From a virus: DNA of 64,000 bases. Each line of letters opens with the position of its first letter. The stretch's first letter is position 1. The stretch lies in the IMG/VR virus record IMGVR_UViG_3300036861_000806, positions 1 to 64,000 of that record. The stretch is one strand, 5' to 3'. Under the pieces are notes generated by a model that saw nothing but the letters and a program-made list of their open reading frames with translations, was not told the DNA's origin and searched no databases. This document shows positions 38,788-47,326 of this stretch, in pieces. Made by a program: the position numbers and the translations under genes.

Positions 38788-39031
38788 GCATCGCTGTGCT
38801 TTACTCCGCATCGCTTGGCACGGCTCGGCTGTGCTAAGCTGCGCTTCACCACGCTTTGCTGCGGCTGTTTCATCGCTTTGCTTTGCTACGCCATGCCTCG
38901 CTCGGCTCAACTCAGCCGCGCCTGGCTACGCTCCGGCTGTTTCATCGCTCTGCCTTGCTTTGCTGAGCTTGGCTTCGCTGGGCTAGACTGCGCTAGGCTT
39001 AACTCCGCCCAGCTGCGCTAGGCTGCGCTAC
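38788..39031 (-). repeat. Phased pentamer array (NN+DGY)x44 in three units; putative guide-like ncRNA
   Basis: On the minus strand 17, 12 and 15 consecutive pentamers (38947-39031, 38875-38934, 38788-38862) separated by identical GATGAAACAGCC linkers; the central G is invariant. Confidence 0.9.
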
Positions 39032-39351
39032 GACTCGTCCTGCCTCCTTTCCCTCCGCTCGCCGACGCAGGTAATGCCGCCAGGATCGGCGCCGACGGCA
39101 TCGCGACTTGCACGAATCGGCGGAACTCCGCCTTGTCGTTCGCCAGCTCGCGCGCCAACACGAGGAAGTTGGTTTCCCGGGCGCTCTCGGTCTGCTTGCT
39201 CCGCGTCCACGCCGACAGCGCTGTCGCGGCGATTCGCGCCTTGCCGATGTCGAGGCTTGTGTGTTCAGACAGCGAGGAACTTGCGCAGCGCGGAGATAGA
39301 CTCCGTGCCGAGCAGATCGAGATCAGTTTGAGGTTGACGCATTTCGATCAT
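39018..39351 (-). pseudogene. Frameshifted helical protein gene upstream of the array
   Basis: AGGAG RBS, MIEMRQPQTDLDLLGTESISALRKFL, stop; the coding-like frame continues shifted (LSEHTSLDIGKARIAA...) to TAG 39018. Confidence 0.5.
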
Positions 39352-39596
39352 AGGTGATGTTCTCCTTTCAGGGATTGAGGGAGAGTTGGGGCTTTACCGC
39401 TCGAACACCGGTTCGACTTCGAGCATTTCGTCGTCGTCTCGCAGGACCCGGACACGTTTTGCCCCGAGGCATAGCGGGCAGTCGACGTGCTCCCGTTGAA
39501 GCTGCGCCTCCGTGCAGCCAGGCACCATGCACCCTTGGTGCATGATGATCATAGGGCATGGCCCGACCCAGCCGACCCCGCCGACGCCGACCGCGC

Positions 39597-39917
39597 TCAC
39601 CGCAATCTCCTCGGCGGCCCGAAATCACCGCTCCGCGCAGCGTCACCAGGAAACCACGATCCCTCAGCGGCACACGCGGCCTCGACGCTCGTCTCCGGCA
39701 CCGTCTCGGTCTCAACGACGACCTCGCCCGTCGCTGGGTCAGGCGCAGAGACCGAGACGACGCGCCGTCGGGTCGACCCGTCCGCCGCGACAGCCGGCGT
39801 CCCGTCGGACTCGAAGAGGCGGAACACGTCGCCCGTCGACAGGCGCGCAAGCGCCGCCTCACCGCCAGGCAATGCCTCCCAAGCCCCGGCCCGCCAGACC
39901 TCAGCACAACGGGTCAC
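39597..39917 (-). CDS. Hypothetical protein
   Basis: 106-aa ORF in the operon. Confidence 0.45.
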   Translation of the reverse strand: MTRCAEVWRAGAWEALPGGEAALARLSTGDVFRLFESDGTPAVAADGSTRRRVVSVSAPDPATGEVVVETETVPETSVEAACAAEGSWFPGDAARSGDFGPPRRLR

Positions 39918-40093
39918 GGCATTAGACCGGGCGTTCCGACATGCCCGCCCGCTGATCCCGGGCCGTCATGATTGTCGCTCACGCCGACCACCCATGCACA
40001 CCGTCATGATGTTCGCCCGCGTGCCCGAGCGGCCACGAGCACTCGTGCGTCCCTTCCGTCGGACAACCGGCGCGGCAAAACACTGTCGAAAAA

Positions 40094-40411
40094 TTATGAT
40101 CCCCCTTTTACCCAGCCGCATCGGCTGTGTTGCCGCCAGTCATCAGATCCAAGAACGGGTGCTACTTCAGATCCTGGCACGGCCTGAAATTCCGCCAACA
40201 GTGCGTCACGCGCTTCTCCGAGCCGCTCGACCAGCGCGTCGAACAACGCCTCGACCTGCGCGCAGCGGAGCCCTGCGTCCTTGTGCAGCGACGCGGCGGC
40301 CCGTACCCCGAGCGTGAGCGCAGCGAGCCCAGCCCCGAACCCCGCGTCGATCTGAACTGCCGCCATCACGCGCATCGCCGCCTTGACCGCGTCCGTCGTC
40401 GGCTTCGCCAT
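40094..40411 (-). CDS. Hypothetical protein
   Basis: AAGGAG RBS, 105 aa. Confidence 0.55.
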   Translation of the reverse strand: MAKPTTDAVKAAMRVMAAVQIDAGFGAGLAALTLGVRAAASLHKDAGLRCAQVEALFDALVERLGEARDALLAEFQAVPGSEVAPVLGSDDWRQHSRCGWVKGGS

Positions 40412-40692
40412 CAGGATCTCCTTTCTTTCTTTGGTCGTCGGGTAACTCGGCCCAGCCGCCCGCGCGCCATACCTCGGCGCGGCGGGTCATCGAAGATACG
40501 AACGCTTCCATCGGAGGTCGTACATTCCGCAATTGCATCGTGTCGCCGGAAATGCCGTCCTACAGCGCGACGTCAGATCTCGGATTGTCACGCCGTCATA
40601 GGGGATCGCGATCTGTGTGACATTCTCCAGGGCGACCTCGTGTACAAAGTGCGACCCCTCGTGAATAACGATCAGACGGCGCCCGCCGGTGA

Positions 40693-41613
40693 TCACGACG
40701 CGACCCGGCGAATGACTCGAAACGTCTCGCGCGTGCTCTCGGGCGACGAACCGGCGACATGGATGCCGGGGGCCGCCCCAGCTCGGCGCATAGCCGTCCA
40801 GCAAAAGAGCAAGGACATCAGCGAATCGTATTTCCCGCGCGACGGGTCCGGGTACGCCACCACATCCTCACGGAGCGCGCAGTACGCACACGCACAGAGC
40901 GCGTCGTGCGACTTCAGCGGGGCGCGCGTGTCGTACGCGTCATCCATACAGAGTGCCCACAGCCCACGTTCCATCTCCACGGCGAGCCCCTCCAGTTCCG
41001 GCTGCTTATTCGCCCCCGTCGTCACGTGATCGAACGGGATCGACGGATCCACTGTCTGGGTCAGTGCGGAGATCGACCCCTGCGTGGCGTTGCTCTCCAG
41101 CATGAGCGTCGCGAACTGATGCCGCGCGTGGGCGTTGGCCAGCATGTGCGCGGTGTGCAGGTAGGGGCTCGAGCCCGCCCCTGCGGCCTGATTCGCCCAT
41201 AGATTGCACGCCACGATCACCCGCGTCTGCCGCGACCGCTCCTCGCGCGCGGCCGGGGTCATGTCGTCGAGCGGGACATCTGCCATGAGAACCGATCGCC
41301 CGAGCGCGGCGACAGTGAGAGCGTTCCCTGGTCGGGTCTCACCAGCGGGATCGACGCCACCGTATCGCCGCGCCAGCGGCACCCCGTCCGTCTCTCCGAG
41401 GAGCTGGGCCACTGTCACCCCGTAGCGGAGGAACTTCTCGATCCCCCGCGCGAACAGCCGCTCCCCGTCCTCCATCGGCTGCTGCTGCATTCCGCGCCGG
41501 AACATCCGCGGGCTGTCCCGCTGCACCTGACGGAGCGAGTCTTGATTCCAGCGCGCCTCCCACAGCGGGAGGGCGAACGACTGCCCCGGCTCGAAGAGTG
41601 GTCCATGCGTCAT
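40693..41613 (-). CDS. Terminase large subunit, C-terminal nuclease part
   Basis: PLWEARW...F....QQQP, GGVDPA, LESNA, YP...KYD. Confidence 0.8.
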   Translation of the reverse strand: MTHGPLFEPGQSFALPLWEARWNQDSLRQVQRDSPRMFRRGMQQQPMEDGERLFARGIEKFLRYGVTVAQLLGETDGVPLARRYGGVDPAGETRPGNALTVAALGRSVLMADVPLDDMTPAAREERSRQTRVIVACNLWANQAAGAGSSPYLHTAHMLANAHARHQFATLMLESNATQGSISALTQTVDPSIPFDHVTTGANKQPELEGLAVEMERGLWALCMDDAYDTRAPLKSHDALCACAYCALREDVVAYPDPSRGKYDSLMSLLFCWTAMRRAGAAPGIHVAGSSPESTRETFRVIRRVAS

Positions 41614-41643
41614 CGTTCTCTCATCACGTCCCGGAAGACTCCA

Positions 41644-42492
41644 TCATCGTCGGCTCCGATCACGCATCGTCGTCTGACTCTCGACCCGCGCCTCCAACTG
41701 CGCACAGTCATCGCTCACGCGCACGATCAGCCAGCGCCAGCGCTCGCCGCCCTCGGCCATTAACTTGGCATAAGCGTCTTGTTGGTGATGACGGAATCCC
41801 ACCATGAGTACGCGCGTCTGGGGTTGGAGCCGCTGAAGCCAGAAGCCAATAGACTCGTACACCTTGAGGCGCATACCGGGATTATAAATCGTGTTGTGCG
41901 CCGTAACCGGATCGTCGAACACGAGGATATCGTGCGACGCGCCGGCCCGGATGCCGATCACCGGGCTCGCCTCGAGCGTCGGATCGCGCCCAGGCGACGT
42001 GCGCTTGACGAAGATCTTATGATCAGCCCACGGCTCGCCGGGCGCTGGGACGCACTGCGGAAACACATCGCGGAATTCTGGCATTCTCCGATCGTAGGCC
42101 AAGCTCGACGGGTCGCCGCTCTCGATATACCGCTTGACCGTCATCACGCGCTTGACCGACTCGTCATCCGACCCCGACACGATCCGCGCGCGCAGATTGG
42201 GATCGCGCCCAATCTCCCACAGTAATCGTCCCTCCACGATTACGAGACTTTTCCCCCACTGGACCGGCCCAAGAATGCCGGCGTAATACCCCCGCGTCCA
42301 GCAGTCATCCACGAAGTCCCCAAGTAGCCGATGGAAGAGCGAGTAGTCAACCGGACGCGCCCGGTCATCACGCAGCACGAACGGCACGAACGTGTGAAAG
42401 TCCACCCGGGATCGGAGCACGAGCTCCTGGTACGCGGCGACGCCGGCTCGAAGCATGACATCTTCAGGCGTCGTTTGAGGATTCGTGACCAT
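41644..42492 (-). CDS. Terminase large subunit, N-terminal ATPase part
   Basis: Walker A-like GPVQWGKS, Walker B ILVFDD, VGFRHHQQD. Confidence 0.85.
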   Translation of the reverse strand: MVTNPQTTPEDVMLRAGVAAYQELVLRSRVDFHTFVPFVLRDDRARPVDYSLFHRLLGDFVDDCWTRGYYAGILGPVQWGKSLVIVEGRLLWEIGRDPNLRARIVSGSDDESVKRVMTVKRYIESGDPSSLAYDRRMPEFRDVFPQCVPAPGEPWADHKIFVKRTSPGRDPTLEASPVIGIRAGASHDILVFDDPVTAHNTIYNPGMRLKVYESIGFWLQRLQPQTRVLMVGFRHHQQDAYAKLMAEGGERWRWLIVRVSDDCAQLEARVESQTTMRDRSRR

Positions 42493-43279
42493 CGGTCCCT
42501 GACGTGAGCGCCGGCGTCCACGGGGTCGCGACGTCGGGCGATGGATGCATCGTGAGTCGCACATAGCGATCGATCGCGCGCCGCCGATCATCCTCGGGGA
42601 TCTCCCGCAGTTGATCCTCGATCGTCACTGTCACATTCACCCCCGCCCCCCCGGCCGGCATCAGATTCCGGAGCCTTGCATACAGCGCGATGGCCGCCAG
42701 CTTGTCGTGCGCTGACACCTCGAGGTTGGGCCCATAGGGGCCCTGTGTCTTGCGGAGCGTCTTGATGGCCGCCGCGATATGATCGGGCAGGTCGGCAACC
42801 GTCCCGGCCTCGAGCGCGGCGAGGGCGGCATCGATCTCGCGCGCCCCGGCGAACGCGATCGCCCCGGTCTCTGCGGCGAGGCGCTCTACAGTCGCCCCGC
42901 TGGCCTCGAGCGTGCGCTCCATCGCCTCCTGCACATCCGGCAGGCGCAGCAGTCGGCTGCCGATGACCATGAGGCTCGGATTGCCTCCGCGGTAACCGGC
43001 CGCGCGCGCCGACTCCATTCCGTTGCCAGCCGTTGGCCCGACGAGATACGCCCGGATGAATCGTCGTTTGCGCACCGCCGCCCGCGTGCTCTGCCGGCTG
43101 CGCTGCGGCGCACTGTCCCGAAGCGGCGAGAGTGCATGGCCCGCTTTCGCTCGCTTCAACGCGGCGTCAATCTCCTCGATCTGCGCCACCGCGTGGGCGC
43201 GGAGCTTCTTCAGATCCTCTGGCGCCAGCCGCGCGATCTGCTCGCGCTCGGCCCATTGGGCGTCAGACTCTTGCGCCAA
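42464..43279 (-). CDS. Terminase small subunit
   Basis: RFIRAYL..NGMESARAAGY...GSRLL..PDVQ; HDKLAAI. Confidence 0.85.
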   Translation of the reverse strand: MAQESDAQWAEREQIARLAPEDLKKLRAHAVAQIEEIDAALKRAKAGHALSPLRDSAPQRSRQSTRAAVRKRRFIRAYLVGPTAGNGMESARAAGYRGGNPSLMVIGSRLLRLPDVQEAMERTLEASGATVERLAAETGAIAFAGAREIDAALAALEAGTVADLPDHIAAAIKTLRKTQGPYGPNLEVSAHDKLAAIALYARLRNLMPAGGAGVNVTVTIEDQLREIPEDDRRRAIDRYVRLTMHPSPDVATPWTPALTSGTDGHESSNDA

Positions 43280-43496
43280 GAGCCTTCACGCGCTTCGCGG
43301 GCGCGCCCCAGTCGTGGGAGTTCACAGGTCATCCTCTCGGCCCATTGACTGGGCGGCCTTCACCAACACCGCCTTGAATTCGATCAGCGAGGAGTTCACA
43401 TGCCCATATTCCGAATTCTGATTCGCAAGCTGCGCGGTCCGCCGCTGAATCCGCATCAAGTCGCGGTAGGACTTGCGGACGAGCGTGAAGTCGTCA

Positions 43497-44525
43497 TCAC
43501 CGGGGGCCATGGAGTACCTCGTCACGATAGACATTGTAGATCAGGTCATCGGCGAAGGCGCGATCGGGCTCGGCCCTGAGATCGGAGCTCGCGCTGCTGG
43601 CGTAGAGGCGCGCCAAGCCCTGCTCAATCATCGTGTAGACGTCGTGTCGTTCGCACTGCCCCGTCTTGATCTGCACGAGTAGCGCCCGATCCGGACGCGG
43701 AAACGTAATCCATCCGGTGTCGAGGACCTCAACCGCTTCCTCGTTCACCCGAACCGCATGAGAGAGCGCCTTCCAGTCGACGCCGCCGGCTAGATGAGCC
43801 TTCTTCGCGCGCTCGCCGTACTCGGCTAGAACCTTGCCGTACGTCTCGCGGGCGTACTTCACCGTCGCGCCGAGCGGCAACTTGCGACCGCAGACATGCA
43901 GATGCGTGACCGTCGTGCCGTTGACCCCAGGCAGGTCGATCAGTTCGATGAGCTGCGACTGCTCCAGCGATAGCAGGCTCTCGCAGTCGACGACCAGCGC
44001 GCCGATAGCGACTGCGTGCTCAGAGAGTCGATCGCTCACCGGCAGGGCATTCAGGAGATCGACGACACGCCGAACGGCGTCCATCCGAGAGCCCTTGATC
44101 CCATATCGCGCTGCCTGCTTCCGGGCATACCCCACGAAGGCGTTGACGTTGCGAGACAGGAGCCGATCGCGGCCGTCGAGAATCTGCTGCATGACGCGCT
44201 GGCCGAGCGCCGTTGGGCACTCAGCCCGTTTGTTGCCGAACGCGAACAGCACGTCCAACGCCCACGTCTGACCATCCATGAGATCGTGGAGGAAGCGATC
44301 CAGGCTGAATTGCTCCACGTCCACGTCGTCCTGGCTGTTCCGCTCAAACGTGGCCTTCTTGCGGCTGGTGACGATTGCCTTGTCGTAGGAGCCGAGGACG
44401 ATCTCCCGAGCCGTGGGCACGTAGATGCGCTTGATGTCCAGGTCAGAGTCGGGCGTGTCGGTGCCGTACAGATGGGAACCAAACTTCACTTCCAGCAGCA
44501 CCTTGCCCGTTACGGCGCGCCCCAT
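43497..44525 (-). CDS. Pol-beta superfamily nucleotidyltransferase (RlaP-like)
   Basis: FGSHLYGTDTPDSDLDIK; DWKALSHAVR..., IKTG. Confidence 0.85.
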   Translation of the reverse strand: MGRAVTGKVLLEVKFGSHLYGTDTPDSDLDIKRIYVPTAREIVLGSYDKAIVTSRKKATFERNSQDDVDVEQFSLDRFLHDLMDGQTWALDVLFAFGNKRAECPTALGQRVMQQILDGRDRLLSRNVNAFVGYARKQAARYGIKGSRMDAVRRVVDLLNALPVSDRLSEHAVAIGALVVDCESLLSLEQSQLIELIDLPGVNGTTVTHLHVCGRKLPLGATVKYARETYGKVLAEYGERAKKAHLAGGVDWKALSHAVRVNEEAVEVLDTGWITFPRPDRALLVQIKTGQCERHDVYTMIEQGLARLYASSASSDLRAEPDRAFADDLIYNVYRDEVLHGPR

Positions 44526-44532
44526 GGCGTGT

Positions 44533-44578
44533 ACAGTACGCCGAGAGTCAGACTCAGGTCAACCACGCGGTAGACGGG
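44533..44578 (-). promoter_or_regulatory. Phage promoter copy 1 with conserved upstream element
   Basis: CCCGTCTACCGCGTGG-TTGACC-18 nt-TACTGT; 22 bp identical to 60470-60491. Confidence 0.65.
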
Positions 44579-44651
44579 GTAGCGCCCCCGGCTTACCTGC
44601 CTCGGCAATAATATACTTGACACACAAGGCTAGATCGCCTATGCTTGGGGT

Positions 44652-45143
44652 ATGGACAAGACAGCGAGCGCCCCCGAGACCCTGCTGGAAGCCATCCGCT
44701 ACTTTTCCGACCCCGATGTGTGCCTCTCGTTCATGGTTCAACTGCGGTGGCCGAACGGCGACGTGCGCTGTCCGACGTGCGGGAGCAACGGTACCTCGTT
44801 CATCTCGACTCGCCGTGTGTGGACTTGCCGCGAGAACCACGAGCGCAAGCAGTTCTCCATCAAGGTCGGCACGATCTTCGAGGACAGCCCGATCCCGCTG
44901 GACAAGTGGCTCGCGGCCATGTGGCTTATCGCCAACGCGAAGAACGGGGTTAGCTCCTACGAGATCGCGCGCTCGCTCGACGTGACGCAGAAGACCGCGT
45001 GGTTCATGCTCCATAGGATTCGGCTGGCGATGCAGGATGGTTCCGTCGAGAATCTGCGCGGCACGATAGAAGCCGACGAGACCTTCATCGGGGGTAAGGT
45101 CCGCAACATGCACAAGGCGAAGCGTGCGCGCGTACGACGGTGA
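44652..45143 (+). pseudogene. Truncated IS1595 transposase (Zn ribbon, HTH and first catalytic motif only)
   Basis: CPTCG, GTIFEDS, TAWFMLHRIR, EADETFIGG then stop. Confidence 0.85.
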
Positions 45144-45240
45144 CTCATTTATGTTGTGGCCTATCTGCAACATCCTCAGACCACTGCGGTTGCGGCGTAG
45201 GGTCAATTCTTGATGCCAGGCGCAGAAGGGACAGAGAGAT

Positions 45241-45684
45241 ATGCCGGAGAATGACCGCAAGCCGCCTCACTTGCAAGCCCTCCTGTTTTCACAGGGCGCC
45301 ATGGAAATGGCCGAGGATGAGACCCCAGGCAAGAGTCTTATTGGCATCCTCTCGCGCGTATTCGTGCCGAGCGGAGCAACCCATTTACCGAAGCTGTGGG
45401 TATATCTGAATATGTTTGGCGTCTCCGGACATTTCACGGTGCGTCTTGAGTGGCGCAAGGATGACGAGACGTTATCGCGTCTAAGTAGGGAGTGGGAGCA
45501 CGGTAACCCAAGCCGCGCCGTCGAGATTGCGGCACAGGCGACCCTGCCCGTTAGAGGGGCTGGCGTATATAAAATGTGGGCCATGCTGGGAGAAGAAGTA
45601 CTCGGGCGTACGGCGATGACGGTGGAAGTCATAGACAATATGCAACCGACCCTAGATCGCGAAGAGGGGGACTGGGATGGATGA
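45241..45684 (+). CDS. IS passenger, small beta-sandwich hypothetical protein
   Basis: 147 aa; GKSLIGI, GAGVY. Confidence 0.6.
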   Translation: MPENDRKPPHLQALLFSQGAMEMAEDETPGKSLIGILSRVFVPSGATHLPKLWVYLNMFGVSGHFTVRLEWRKDDETLSRLSREWEHGNPSRAVEIAAQATLPVRGAGVYKMWAMLGEEVLGRTAMTVEVIDNMQPTLDREEGDWDG

Positions 45685-45823
45685 CCTAGAGAAGCAGAAG
45701 ACCGTAACACCATGGGAACGCTTCGTCTCCCTCGCCCGTAAGGTGACGCAGACGCCGAAGACCGAGGTAGAGAAGCGGGAGAAGGAGTGGCGGAGGGCGA
45801 AGCGGCGCCGAGAATCATCGTAG
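45677..45823 (+). CDS. 48-aa basic IS-associated protein
   Basis: WERFVSLARKVTQTPKTEVEKRE, similar to 57282-57449. Confidence 0.55.
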   Translation: MDDLEKQKTVTPWERFVSLARKVTQTPKTEVEKREKEWRRAKRRRESS

Positions 45824-45950
45824 GCGCAGTCTCTTTGGCCGAGGAAGCGTTACGATCACGCGCTCCGCATCCGTCTCCGTCTGCTCTCTGAAGAACCAGC
45901 GCAACGCATCGCCGGTCGGATGAAAGAGCTGGTATCGCGACGACTGACCC

Positions 45951-46580
45951 TCAACAAGCCGCAGGAGCGCCGACTTCAAGCCGCGTCATGATCCATGCCA
46001 GCATGTCCGCTGCCTGTAGACCGTACGCATCCTTCTTATCGATCGCCGTGTGCGAGATGTATCTGTACTGCTGCTTGTGTTCGGGGTTGCTTGTGATGGC
46101 CGTCAACAACGCGTTGGCCTCGCTCCAGAACTGATGACCGCTCTCGAAGACATACGCGATGCGGCTATCGTCGTGTTTCTCATCCATCCAGAAAGCGGTC
46201 ACGCGCAGAACGACCTGGCACGTAGCGGAGTAAATGCTGCCGAAGTACTCCGTCCAGTCGGGCGGCGCCATGGCTTCGAATTCTGCCTGGCTAAACTGGA
46301 CCGAGACGCCAAAGTACGTGTGCTTTCGGACCGCATCGACGGCCTGTCGGAGAACTTCGGCGCGCTGTTCTACTGACCACCCCTTGTATTGATCGGTGGC
46401 CGCATAAAGCGCGGTCATGTGGAAGTGCGTCGTAGGACGCGGGCCAGCATCGCGCAGCATACGTGCCCACTTGCGCTTGAAGTGCTCGTACCCCTTAGGC
46501 CGAAAGATGTAGCCTGCGACGCTGATAGGCTCCGTGCCTTCAAGCCGCGCGCTCTCGTCGAGATAGCCCCCCAGGATCAT
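45951..46580 (-). CDS. DUF3800-like (RNase H fold) passenger protein
   Basis: YLDES, FHM, LQAADMLAW motifs. Confidence 0.75.
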   Translation of the reverse strand: MILGGYLDESARLEGTEPISVAGYIFRPKGYEHFKRKWARMLRDAGPRPTTHFHMTALYAATDQYKGWSVEQRAEVLRQAVDAVRKHTYFGVSVQFSQAEFEAMAPPDWTEYFGSIYSATCQVVLRVTAFWMDEKHDDSRIAYVFESGHQFWSEANALLTAITSNPEHKQQYRYISHTAIDKKDAYGLQAADMLAWIMTRLEVGAPAAC

Positions 46581-46669
46581 GACGAGGCCGGGGGCGCCGT
46601 CACCGAGGATGACCCGCAGAATCTCTAGTAGAGAGTCCTGGGGCGGATGCGCGGCGACAGCTACGGCAC

Positions 46670-47326
46670 TCACCGCACGCCTCCGCCCGCTGGACCTTCG
46701 CGGTCACCTTTAGCCGCTCCTTCGTCTTGCCCCCCACCCGTTGTACCGTCTGGGGCCGTGTGAGTCAAGTATGTTGTTGCCCCTGCCTCATTGGCTGGAC
46801 GCCCTACGTCGGGGCGCGCGCGACGGCGATTCAGGCGGCGGCGTAGGGCGCCGGTTTCGCGCGGGTGGCAGCGCCAACACAGCGTCCGCAAATTGTCGAG
46901 CCCGCAGGCCCCGCCACCCTCAGCGACCGGAATGATGTGATCCGCCTGCCAGAGCGCCGGCAGTCGGGCACTGAGCGGCCAACCCGAGTAGTGGATACGA
47001 ATAGTCATCAGGATGTCCCCGTGCTGAACGCTGACTCGCCATCGCGTCGTCTCAAGCGGCGGCCCTTCGGCGATGCGCCGCCGTAACTCGGCCTCAAGGC
47101 GAGGCTTCACGACCTCCGTCTCGAGACGGCAGAGCACGCACACACCGCGATCACGTCGAAACACTTCATGGCGCGCAGTCGCGGCACTCGCGCGAATCTG
47201 ATACTGGCGCACGCACTCATCGGAGCACCACGTTCGGCGTCGGCCGCTGACGGACGCGCCGCACCAGCGGCACTCGCCCTTCTGTCGCTTGGGGAGTGCC
47301 CCTAGGTGAAGCTGCCGGCGCATCAC
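46670..47326 (-). CDS. HNH endonuclease, 3' end interrupted by the IS
   Basis: CRWC..WCSDEC, RDRGVCVLC, WQADHIIPVAEGGG..LDNLRTLC..CH; the original tail (EAGKPGALPRLPRG*) lies beyond the other TSD at 44559-44603. Confidence 0.85.
   Translation of the reverse strand: MMRRQLHLGALPKRQKGECRWCGASVSGRRRTWCSDECVRQYQIRASAATARHEVFRRDRGVCVLCRLETEVVKPRLEAELRRRIAEGPPLETTRWRVSVQHGDILMTIRIHYSGWPLSARLPALWQADHIIPVAEGGGACGLDNLRTLCWRCHPRETGALRRRLNRRRARPDVGRPANEAGATTYLTHTAPDGTTGGGQDEGAAKGDREGPAGGGVR

Larger units (their letters stand above)
44604..46781 (+). mobile_element. Non-autonomous IS1595-family element with passenger genes
   Basis: Imperfect IRs GGCAATAATATACTTGACACAC / GTGAGTCAAGTATGTTGTTGCC; 8-bp TSD CCTGCCTC at 44596-44603 and 46782-46789. 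Confidence 0.88.

Noticed and set aside
38763-38873. N-terminal extension of the RAMP-like ORF (track start 38873) and plus-strand ORF 38815-39021
   Set aside because: They are translations of the repeat array; the RBS supports ATG 38762.
38788-39031. Canonical CRISPR array or simple microsatellite
   Set aside because: Only two 16-bp repeats, the intervening sequences are themselves periodic and there are no cas1/cas2 genes; the variable NN positions argue against slippage.
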